Below the pieces are notes generated by a model that did no database searches, was not told the DNA's origin, and saw nothing but the letters and a program-made list of their open reading frames with translations. The position numbers and the translations under genes are program-made. A DNA stretch of 39,721 nucleotides from Lutimonas sp. (GTDB taxonomy: Bacteria > Bacteroidota > Bacteroidia > Flavobacteriales > Flavobacteriaceae). The DNA lies in NCBI GenBank assembly GCA_041554895.1, contig JBFFLO010000001.1:1-39721 (forward strand), in the 5' to 3' direction. The first letter of the stretch is position 1. The number at the start of each line of letters is the position of its first letter. Shown here piece after piece: positions 28,427 to 36,621 of the stretch.

Positions 28427-29263
28427 TTAAGGTTTTGTTAATTGTTCTTTTATCCAATCAGAGATTCGAGCCAGAACCATGTCTTTTTCCGTGTCATGAT
28501 GCAGTTCGTGGTAACCATTCTCTACAGGAACAAATGTGACCATTCCTTTGGCCCTGTCTGCAAATTCTTTTGAGGCCAGATACGAAGTAATCCGATCTTT
28601 GGTACCATGCATCAATAACATGGAGGTCCTTAAAGAAGAAGCATGTTGGATGGCCCATTCACCGGCCTTCATTATTTCAAGAGAATACCTTGTGCTTACC
28701 CTGTCATGAATCAGGGGATCATTTTTATAGGCTTCTATTTCTTGCTGATCGTTTGAAAGGAACTGCAGGTCCAGTTCATTAGGCATGGTTACTGACGGAT
28801 AGATTTTATCAATCAATTTACCAAAGAATATTTTCCATCGCGGAGGGTTAAAAGCCAGCCTAAGAAATGGACTTGTGGCGATGACACCTTTCAAATGATG
28901 CTTTCTCCGCAGTGTAAAATTAATTGCCACGTTACCACCCATGCTATGACCGTAAAGGAAAACCGGTTTTGATGGGAACAAAACCGCTGCTTTAGTGATG
29001 AGGTATTCTATGGAATCGAGCAGATAGTCATAACCCGGATGATACCCTTTTTTTCCTTGAGATCGGCCATGCCCAAATTGATCATAAGAAATCACTGCTA
29101 TAGATGATTTTAAAAGTGAGGGGACCACAGTTCTTTCATATCTCCTTGAATATTCACCCATTCCATGCACCAAAACCACAACAGCCTGAGTGTCTGTTGG
29201 CTCATAATATTGACCTTTTAGGGTCAGATGGGCAACATGAAATTCAAAATTGTTTCGGGTCAT
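28427..29263 (-). CDS. Alpha/beta hydrolase (lysophospholipase/monoacylglycerol lipase-like)
   Basis: VHGMGEY, GHGRS, nucleophile elbow GHSMGG, HGTKD and YHELH. Confidence 0.88.
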   Translation of the reverse strand: MTRNNFEFHVAHLTLKGQYYEPTDTQAVVVLVHGMGEYSRRYERTVVPSLLKSSIAVISYDQFGHGRSQGKKGYHPGYDYLLDSIEYLITKAAVLFPSKPVFLYGHSMGGNVAINFTLRRKHHLKGVIATSPFLRLAFNPPRWKIFFGKLIDKIYPSVTMPNELDLQFLSNDQQEIEAYKNDPLIHDRVSTRYSLEIMKAGEWAIQHASSLRTSMLLMHGTKDRITSYLASKEFADRAKGMVTFVPVENGYHELHHDTEKDMVLARISDWIKEQLTKP

Positions 29264-29516
29264 GATTCTGTTGATTCTACCCAAAAATAATTAAGCCCTT
29301 TAGTGAAATTGCAAAATTGTTGAAAACTGATAAGAACTTCAGGGTTCAGGAAAAGGTATCAGTGTGCCGCCATCAAATTTGGTATGCCGCTTGAATATTC
29401 ATGATCAGCAAGAGTGAATGGAATTATACCTTCAAAGCAAAGGGTCGATTTTATCATAAATAAAATTTTAAAATGCGACTAATTTCGTAACTTTAGATGA
29501 CTTACATAAATGTTTT

Positions 29517-30212
29517 ATGACGATGACTTCGACAAACAACAATTCCGGCCAGAATCCAGAAAAAAAAACCTTGACTATTGTGCATATGTTGCAGCCCTAT
29601 GCTAAACAACGCATCAGAGTTGGCGAAATTTTGGGTTATTTTCCTAAGAACATGTATAAGTCAAACGAAATTCTCGATGAAGTTGTTTTAGAGACTTATG
29701 AGCAAGGTTTTCAAAATAGCAAAAACACCGAAGAATTAAGATTGGCCATGTTTGATATTTTAAATAAACGGATGGCAGCGTTGTTTCAATCCGAAGAATG
29801 GCATAAAGATTCAATCAGTACAAGGGAAATACTTGAAGAAGAATTAAAACGATTGGAAGAGAATTTCACCATGGACGGCGGCAATGATTTGATTATGAAT
29901 GAAGAGCTGGATGATATTTCCTATCATCAGAATGATTCAGCGCAAAAGGAGCTTCCCTATGATGAAGAGGAAGAGGGAGTTAAAACCTTTCTTGGCCTCG
30001 ACAAGATCAAACAGTTTGAGGAATATAATGACCGAAATATGCTGCGTAAAGTATATTATAACCTCCCTGTGAATACTTCGAATATTGTTGATTTATATAT
30101 TCTGGGAAAGTTAAGCTTTCATGAAATATCAGGAATTTTAGGCATCGAGGTTGGAGAAGTTAAAGAAATTGTTAATTCTGTAAGAGAAACCATTAAGAAA
30201 CAACTTGAATAG
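29517..30212 (+). CDS. Acidic hypothetical protein with C-terminal sigma-70 region-4-like helix-turn-helix
   Basis: C-terminus LP...IVDLYILGKLSFHEISGILGIEVGEVKEIV resembles sigma region 4; the middle is D/E-rich. Confidence 0.6.
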   Translation: MTMTSTNNNSGQNPEKKTLTIVHMLQPYAKQRIRVGEILGYFPKNMYKSNEILDEVVLETYEQGFQNSKNTEELRLAMFDILNKRMAALFQSEEWHKDSISTREILEEELKRLEENFTMDGGNDLIMNEELDDISYHQNDSAQKELPYDEEEEGVKTFLGLDKIKQFEEYNDRNMLRKVYYNLPVNTSNIVDLYILGKLSFHEISGILGIEVGEVKEIVNSVRETIKKQLE

Positions 30213-30287
30213 TATTTGATTGATAATTTTAGATGAATTTGATTGAAAAATATTGAATATTTTCTTTTTCATTTTGAATTTTAGTTG

Positions 30288-30295
30288 TAATATTG
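30288..30295 (+). promoter_or_regulatory. Probable sigma-A -7 element of the arg/pro operon
   Basis: TAATATTG(C), one mismatch to TAnnTTTG, 4 nt before the GTG of uORF1. Confidence 0.45.
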
Positions 30296-30299
30296 CCCC

Positions 30300-30374
30300 G
30301 TGAATACGAAAACGCCATATACTTCAATTTTACAGGATCGCCGCAGACCCATGCGCCGCCTAGGTCAAATTTAA
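30300..30374 (+). CDS. Putative leader peptide 1 (24 aa, MNTKTPYTSILQDRRRPMRRLGQI)
   Basis: Hand translation from GTG 30300 to TAA 30372-30374; five Arg codons (CGC CGC AGA ... CGC CGC) upstream of an arginine biosynthesis operon. Confidence 0.6.
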   Translation: MNTKTPYTSILQDRRRPMRRLGQI

Positions 30375-30417
30375 TGGTAAATTCAAAATTTTCAATTCAC
30401 AATTCAATTTTTCAACA

Positions 30418-30510
30418 ATGCATTCCCAAAACGATTTAACAGATATAAAATGCCTTAAAACTAGTATTTTAATGAATACTGTTATGCCTTTGGTTCGCCG
30501 TCGCCCGTAA
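30418..30510 (+). CDS. Putative leader peptide 2 (30 aa, MHSQNDLTDIKCLKTSILMNTVMPLVRRRP; or 12 aa from ATG 30472)
   Basis: Hand translation; ends CGC CGT CGC CCG TAA. The ATG at 30418 follows an A/C/T-only stretch. Confidence 0.65.
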   Translation: MHSQNDLTDIKCLKTSILMNTVMPLVRRRP

Positions 30511-30596
30511 GGGTATGTTATATTTTATAGGGATAGGTGAGTCCATCTCTGCTGATCAAAATATCATTTTCAAAAAATTTACTTTAAATCAATACA

Positions 30597-31235
30597 ATGG
30601 AAATTGTAATTGCCACTGATAAACACATAAAATTTGCCCCTGTCATCAGTCAGACCATTGATAAATCTGCTGAAGAAAGAGGAACGGGTATCGCCAAAAG
30701 AACCCCGGAGTATATCGAAACCAAAATTAAAAACGGAAATGCTGTAATTGCATTGGAAGGAGATAAATTTGCTGGTTTTTGTTATATAGAGACTTTTGGA
30801 GAAAAGAACTTTGTAGTGCATTCGGGTTTGATCGTACATCCTGATTTTAGGCACCAAGGCCTGGCAAAAAGAATAAAGACCAAAGTATTCAAATATTCCC
30901 AGGAGAAATATCCCGGTTCGAAAATATTTGGAATTACGACGGGCTTGGCAGTAATGAAGATTAATTATGAGCTGGGCTACAAACCTGTTACTTTTTCAGA
31001 GCTTACAGATGATCCTGAATTTTGGAAGGGTTGTCAGACCTGCAGAAATTACGATGTACTGCAGCGAACCCAGCAAAAAATGTGTCTCTGCACGGGCATG
31101 CTCTATGACGGAAAGAAAAATGACCATAAGGAACATCCGTATAATTCAAAAAGCCTAAGCAGGCTGAAAAGGATCAAACAAAGTTTATTTTTGAAAAAGA
31201 AAGATCCAAATAAAAATAATTCCAGTAAATCTTAG
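30597..31235 (+). CDS. GNAT-family acyltransferase, probable N-acyl-glutamate synthase (ArgA function)
   Basis: Acyl-CoA-binding VHPDFRHQGLAK; RGTGIAKR, FGITTGLAVMKIN and FWKGCQTC...CLCTGML; first gene of the arg operon. Confidence 0.75.
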   Translation: MEIVIATDKHIKFAPVISQTIDKSAEERGTGIAKRTPEYIETKIKNGNAVIALEGDKFAGFCYIETFGEKNFVVHSGLIVHPDFRHQGLAKRIKTKVFKYSQEKYPGSKIFGITTGLAVMKINYELGYKPVTFSELTDDPEFWKGCQTCRNYDVLQRTQQKMCLCTGMLYDGKKNDHKEHPYNSKSLSRLKRIKQSLFLKKKDPNKNNSSKS

Positions 31236-31284
31236 TCCTGATGCCTTAGCCATAAAAAGGTGCAGGAAACAAAATTAGAATAAA

Positions 31285-32466
31285 ATGAAAAAATTAGTAC
31301 TAGCATATAGCGGAGGGTTAGACACTTCCTATTGCGCCAAATACCTGTCAAAGATAGAGGGATATGAAGTTCATGCCGTAAGTGTCAATACAGGTGGCTT
31401 TGAAAAGGAAGAGATCGCTTCAATTGGAGAAAAAGCACTGCAGTTAGGGGCATCAAGTTATAAATCAATTGATGCCGTGCAAACTTTTTATGATAAGGTT
31501 GTAAAATACCTGATTTATGGAAATGTTCTAAAAAATAATACCTATCCGCTTTCTGTGAGCGCTGAAAGAATCATACAAGCCATTGAAATCGTAAATTATG
31601 CGAAAAAAGTGGGAGCTGGTTTTATTGCGCACGGCAGCACAGGTGCAGGAAATGACCAGGTGCGGTTTGATATGATATTTCAAACCCTTGCCCCTGAAAT
31701 TGAAATCATTACCCCCATCAGAGATCTTAAATTATCAAGGCAATCAGAAATCGAATTTTTAAAGGAAAATGGGGTTGATCTGCCATGGGAAAAGGCCAAA
31801 TATTCTATTAATAAAGGTTTGTGGGGGACTAGTGTCGGCGGTCAGGAAACGCTTAGCTCACACTCAGGGCTTCCCGAAGAAGCCTATCCAAGTCAATTGA
31901 AAAAAGAAGGGTCCTTTGACCTGAAACTCACTTTTGAAAAAGGTGAGTTAACCGCTATCAATGATACACAAGGCAGTCATGTGCATAATATAGAGCATCT
32001 GGATAAACTGGCTTCTGCATATGCTATCGGAAGAGATATTCACGTAGGAGATACCATTATTGGTATCAAAGGGAGGGTTGGTTTTGAGGCGGCGGCCCCG
32101 CTTATCATTATCAAGGCCCATCACTTATTGGAAAAACATACACTTACCAAATGGCAACAACACCACAAAGAACAACTGGGCAACTGGTATGGGATGCTGC
32201 TTCATGAAGGACAATACCTGGATGAGGTGATGAGGAATTTTGAAGCGTTTTTAACGGATACTCAAAAAAACGTAAGTGGAGACGTTTTTGTTACGCTTCA
32301 CCCCTATAGATTTACCCTGAACGGAATCGCATCAAAAAACGATCTGATTAACTCCACCTTCGCAAGTTATGGAGAGACCAATGAAGGGTGGACCGCAGAA
32401 GATGCCAAAGGATTTATCAAAATCACGGCAAATCAAGGCAAAATATTTAACCACGTAAATTCATAA
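31285..32466 (+). CDS. argG: Argininosuccinate synthase
   Basis: VLAYSGGLDTS, AHGSTGAGNDQVRF and IIGIKGRVGFE. Confidence 0.95.
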   Translation: MKKLVLAYSGGLDTSYCAKYLSKIEGYEVHAVSVNTGGFEKEEIASIGEKALQLGASSYKSIDAVQTFYDKVVKYLIYGNVLKNNTYPLSVSAERIIQAIEIVNYAKKVGAGFIAHGSTGAGNDQVRFDMIFQTLAPEIEIITPIRDLKLSRQSEIEFLKENGVDLPWEKAKYSINKGLWGTSVGGQETLSSHSGLPEEAYPSQLKKEGSFDLKLTFEKGELTAINDTQGSHVHNIEHLDKLASAYAIGRDIHVGDTIIGIKGRVGFEAAAPLIIIKAHHLLEKHTLTKWQQHHKEQLGNWYGMLLHEGQYLDEVMRNFEAFLTDTQKNVSGDVFVTLHPYRFTLNGIASKNDLINSTFASYGETNEGWTAEDAKGFIKITANQGKIFNHVNS

Positions 32467-32469
32467 AAG

Positions 32470-33447
32470 ATGATCAAGGCAGGAATTATTGGAGGAGCCG
32501 GTTATACTGCCGGTGAATTGATCAGACTTCTTCTCAATCATCCTGAGGTTTCTCTGGATTTCGTGTACAGCACATCGAATGCAGGAAATGAGATTCAGGA
32601 AGTTCACAGGGATCTGCTTGGCGATACCGACTTGAAATTCGATCAAAGCATCAATCCGGAAGTCGATGTGCTTTTCCTTTGCCTGGGGCATGGTAATTCA
32701 AAGCTGTTTTTATCAGAACACTCTTTTTCTAGCCAAACACGGATCATTGATTTGAGTAATGATTTCAGACTTACTGCGGATAAGGAATTCATGAATAAAA
32801 AATTCATCTATGGTTTGCCTGAAGCATTTAAAAAAGAGATTATCGAGGCAGACCATATAGCAAATCCTGGTTGTTTTGCCACAGCTATTCAGTTGGCACT
32901 GCTACCTCTTGCAAAAGCTGAGTTGCTCATAGACGATGTTCATGTAAACGCTGTAACCGGGGCAACAGGAGCGGGTGTTTCGCTATCAAAAACGACTCAT
33001 TTTACATGGAGGGACAATAACTTTTCTCACTATAAGGCTTTTGATCACCAACACCTTGGCGAAATTAATCAGAACATTGGGATCCTTCAACCGGGTTTTA
33101 ATCATGAAGTAAATTTTGTGCCTAACAGAGGTAATTTTAGCAGGGGAATTTTTGCCACTGCCTATACCAAATTTGAGGGTAGTATTGATAAGGCAAAAAA
33201 ATTATATACAGATTTTTACAGGGAGGCCGTTTTTACGCATGTATCTGATCAGGATATATTCTTAAAACAAGTCGTCAATACGAATAAATGCCTGATCCAT
33301 CTGCAAAAACACAAGGATAAATTATTAGTGACAAGTGCGATAGACAACTTGTTAAAAGGAGCCTCCGGGCAGGCCGTTGAAAATATGAACCTCATGTTTG
33401 GTTTTGAACAGGCGGCAGGCCTAAAACTAAAAGCTAACTTTTTTTAA
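32470..33447 (+). CDS. argC: N-acyl-gamma-glutamyl-phosphate reductase
   Basis: GGAGYTAGELIRLL, IDLSNDFR, IANPGCFATA and IDNLLKGASGQA. Confidence 0.95.
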   Translation: MIKAGIIGGAGYTAGELIRLLLNHPEVSLDFVYSTSNAGNEIQEVHRDLLGDTDLKFDQSINPEVDVLFLCLGHGNSKLFLSEHSFSSQTRIIDLSNDFRLTADKEFMNKKFIYGLPEAFKKEIIEADHIANPGCFATAIQLALLPLAKAELLIDDVHVNAVTGATGAGVSLSKTTHFTWRDNNFSHYKAFDHQHLGEINQNIGILQPGFNHEVNFVPNRGNFSRGIFATAYTKFEGSIDKAKKLYTDFYREAVFTHVSDQDIFLKQVVNTNKCLIHLQKHKDKLLVTSAIDNLLKGASGQAVENMNLMFGFEQAAGLKLKANFF

Positions 33448-33456
33448 AATTAACAG

Positions 33457-34254
33457 ATGAAAATAGCCATTATAGGAGTAGGAAACTTAGGCTACTCAAT
33501 AGCAGTAGGTATCTTAGGCCAGAAAAAGGAAATAAATTGTAAATCATTATACCTGACCAAAAGAAATACCGCTTCTTTAAGCCACTTGGAAAAGGTTTCT
33601 ATGGTAAAAACGACCACAGACAACAGACGTGCGGTTAAATATTCAAACGTGGTTATTTTGGCAGTTCAACCAGCACAATTGAAGCAGGTTCTTGAAGAGA
33701 TTCATGATCTTATAGATCCTAAAAAGCACACAATTATTTCAGTGGCTACGGGAAGAAAGATTGAAGAGATCGAAGCCTTGGTAAAAAAAGATGTTCCTGT
33801 AATCAGATGTATGCCAAACACAGCCATTTCTGTTGGCCAATCGATGACTTGTATGAGTGCCAATGAGGCAGGTAAGTTAAATATTCACCTGGCCAAAAGC
33901 ATATTTAACGCCCTTGGAGAAACAATGTGCATTGAGGAAAACCTGATGCAGGCCGCCACAGTAATCTGTGCAAGTGGAATTGCCTTTTGGATGAGGTTGA
34001 TCAGGGCAACAACACAAGGGGCCGTGCAATTGGGCTTTCATAGCGAGGATGCACAAAAACTTTCAATGCAGACTTGTTTGGGAGCTGCAAGCCTTTTGAT
34101 AGACTCTCAAAGTCACCCGGAACAGGAAATAGATAAGGTAACAACACCAAGCGGATGCACGATTGAAGGATTGAACGAAATGGAACACCAGGGACTAAGC
34201 TCATCCATCATCAAAGGGCTGGTGACCTCGTATGAAAAAATAAATCAGATTTAA
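33457..34254 (+). CDS. proC: Pyrroline-5-carboxylate reductase
   Basis: IIGVGNLG, LAVQP, IRCMPNT and VTTPSGCTIEGL. Confidence 0.93.
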   Translation: MKIAIIGVGNLGYSIAVGILGQKKEINCKSLYLTKRNTASLSHLEKVSMVKTTTDNRRAVKYSNVVILAVQPAQLKQVLEEIHDLIDPKKHTIISVATGRKIEEIEALVKKDVPVIRCMPNTAISVGQSMTCMSANEAGKLNIHLAKSIFNALGETMCIEENLMQAATVICASGIAFWMRLIRATTQGAVQLGFHSEDAQKLSMQTCLGAASLLIDSQSHPEQEIDKVTTPSGCTIEGLNEMEHQGLSSSIIKGLVTSYEKINQI

Positions 34255-34264
34255 GTGAATTGAT

Positions 34265-35419
34265 ATGAAATTATTTGATGTATACCCTTTGTACGATGTG
34301 AGCCCTGAAAGCGCTCAAGGATCTTATGTGACGGATGATAAAGGGCAGAAATATCTTGACCTTTACGGAGGCCATGGCGTAATATCTATCGGCCATAGTC
34401 ATAAGGACTATGTAGCTGCTTTATGCAGCCAGCTCGAGAAAATGGGTTTTTATTCTAATTCTATACAAAATCCTTTACAGGAAGAGTTGGCTAAAAAACT
34501 GGGAAAACTCTCTCAATGTGAAGATTACAACTTGTTTTTATGCAATTCAGGGGCTGAAGCGAATGAAAATGCCTTAAAAATGGCTTCATTTGCAACCGGA
34601 AAAAGTAAGATTATTGCCTTTGAAAAAGCATTTCATGGACGAACATCGGCAGCAGTAGCAGCCACTGATAACCCAAAGATCAATGCGCCATTGAACAGTC
34701 AGCATGAAGTAACATTTCTTCCCTTAAATGATATAGAATCCTTAGAGAAGGAACTGTCGAAAAAGGATGTGGCTGCTGTGATCATTGAAGGGATTCAAGG
34801 AGTAGGGGGCTTAAATGAGGGTACTCCAGAATTTTTCCGGTCACTTGAAATGTTGTGCAGGGAATACGGAGCCATCCTTATCCTTGATGAGATCCAATCC
34901 GGTTACGGTAGGAGTGGAAAATTCTTTTCTTTTCAGCATCATGGTATTCACCCTGATATTATCAGCATGGCTAAGGGTATGGGGAATGGGTTTCCTATTG
35001 GGGGCATCCTTATTTCAAATAAAATAAAGGCTTCATATGGCATGTTGGGGACAACGTTTGGTGGAAATCACCTGGCTTGTGCAGCTGGTATTTCGGTGCT
35101 CGATGTGATTGAAAAGGAGCGATTAATGGAGAATGTGAATAAGGTTTCTGCACATTTTTTGGAAAAAATCAATGAGATCGCTCAAATTAAAGCTGTAAAG
35201 GGAAAGGGCTTGATGTTGGGAGTAACTTTTGATTTTCCGGTTGCTCAACTAAGAAAGCAGCTCATTTTTGAGGAGGGCATTTTTACAGGAGGATCTTCCG
35301 ATCCTAATCTTTTAAGAATTTTACCTCCCTTGTCGATAGAAACTCAAGAAATCGATTTTTTCATAGCGGCCCTAAAAAGTGTCTTAAAAAGAATGAGCGA
35401 TAATGCCATAAGCAAATAG
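34265..35419 (+). CDS. argD: N-acylornithine aminotransferase (class III PLP)
   Basis: YLDLYGG, NSGAEANE, FHGRT, DEIQSGYGRSG, MAKGMGNG and GTTFGGN. Confidence 0.92.
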   Translation: MKLFDVYPLYDVSPESAQGSYVTDDKGQKYLDLYGGHGVISIGHSHKDYVAALCSQLEKMGFYSNSIQNPLQEELAKKLGKLSQCEDYNLFLCNSGAEANENALKMASFATGKSKIIAFEKAFHGRTSAAVAATDNPKINAPLNSQHEVTFLPLNDIESLEKELSKKDVAAVIIEGIQGVGGLNEGTPEFFRSLEMLCREYGAILILDEIQSGYGRSGKFFSFQHHGIHPDIISMAKGMGNGFPIGGILISNKIKASYGMLGTTFGGNHLACAAGISVLDVIEKERLMENVNKVSAHFLEKINEIAQIKAVKGKGLMLGVTFDFPVAQLRKQLIFEEGIFTGGSSDPNLLRILPPLSIETQEIDFFIAALKSVLKRMSDNAISK

Positions 35420-35424
35420 TATTC

Positions 35425-36621
35425 ATGGAGTCAATTTTATCAATAGAACAAAGAAACAATGTCCTGCTCACTATGGCCCGCCTGGTGAATGATCATCAAA
35501 ATGATATTTTGGAGGCGAATGAGAAAGACATGAAAGGATTTGATCAGCAAGATATAGCGATGTACGACAGGCTAAAGGTCGATCATAAAAAAATCAATGG
35601 CATGGTAATATCCCTGGAACAATTGGCTGCTCAGAAGGACCCTGTGGGTATTGAAAGGTTCCATTTTAGACATGAGAATGGTTTGGATATTTATAACAAA
35701 ACGGCATCTTTTGGTACGATCATGATCATCTATGAATCAAGACCTGATGTCACTATTGAAGCAGGCGGGATCGCTTTTAAATCAGGAAACAAAATTCTGC
35801 TTAAGGGAGGAAAGGAATCATTGAACTCAAATTTGGCAATTGTCGAACTATGGCATCGCGCCCTTCAAGAAAACGAGGTAAGTCCTGACTGGGTTACTTA
35901 TCTGAATTATGATCGTGACCGTACCAGGGCATATTTAAAACATCCGGACCAAAAAATTGACCTGATCATTCCAAGGGGAGGTGAAAAGCTGATCGCATTT
36001 GTCAAAGAACATGCTACCTGCCCGGTGATCGTGAGCGGGAGGGGCAATAATTTTGTATATGTTGCCAAAGATGCTGATCAGAAGAAGGCCATGGAAATCA
36101 TTTTGAATGCAAAAACCGATAAGATTTCTGCCTGCAATGCGCTGGATAAAGTGCTTATCAATAGAGACTTGCCGGGATACAAGCAGTTTGTGCATGGTTT
36201 GATAGAAAACCTGCAAAAGTTTAAGGTGCATATTTTGGGCCCTGAAACAATGGAACTATTTGAAGGACTTGAACCTGTATCAGGAGATGAGGTTTGGTAC
36301 GAGGAATTTCTTGATTATAAGATTTTGATCTCAGATACGGCTTCTAGTGAAGAAGCCATAGCCATGATCAATAAATATGGTGGCGGACATTCAGCCTCTA
36401 TTATCACCGAAAATAAAACTGAGGCCCACGCCTTTATGAGTTCTATAGACGCTGCGGCAGTTTACCACAATGCATCTACAAGATTCACAGATGGGTTTGA
36501 GTTTGGTTTAGGAGGTGAACTGGCCATCAGCACAGATAAATTACACCAGAGGGGGCCTATTGGCCTTCAGCATCTGGTGACTAATAAATGGTATGTATAT
36601 GGGGACGGGCAGATCAGGTAA
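35425..36621 (+). CDS. proA: Gamma-glutamyl phosphate reductase
   Basis: IYESRPDVT, LKGGKE, IIPRGG, SACNA, NASTRFTDG and ISTDKLHQRGP. Confidence 0.94.
   Translation: MESILSIEQRNNVLLTMARLVNDHQNDILEANEKDMKGFDQQDIAMYDRLKVDHKKINGMVISLEQLAAQKDPVGIERFHFRHENGLDIYNKTASFGTIMIIYESRPDVTIEAGGIAFKSGNKILLKGGKESLNSNLAIVELWHRALQENEVSPDWVTYLNYDRDRTRAYLKHPDQKIDLIIPRGGEKLIAFVKEHATCPVIVSGRGNNFVYVAKDADQKKAMEIILNAKTDKISACNALDKVLINRDLPGYKQFVHGLIENLQKFKVHILGPETMELFEGLEPVSGDEVWYEEFLDYKILISDTASSEEAIAMINKYGGGHSASIITENKTEAHAFMSSIDAAAVYHNASTRFTDGFEFGLGGELAISTDKLHQRGPIGLQHLVTNKWYVYGDGQIR

Noticed and set aside
30225-30290. TGAAT/ATTGA half-sites resembling ArgR ARG boxes
   Set aside because: Spacing and symmetry do not fit TGAAT-N4-ATTCA, and such words are expected in very AT-rich DNA.
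31236-31268. Imperfect hairpin TCCTG-A-TGCCTT...AAGGTG-CAGGA between the GNAT gene and argG
   Set aside because: No U tract and weak pairing; it may stabilise mRNA but cannot be supported as a terminator.
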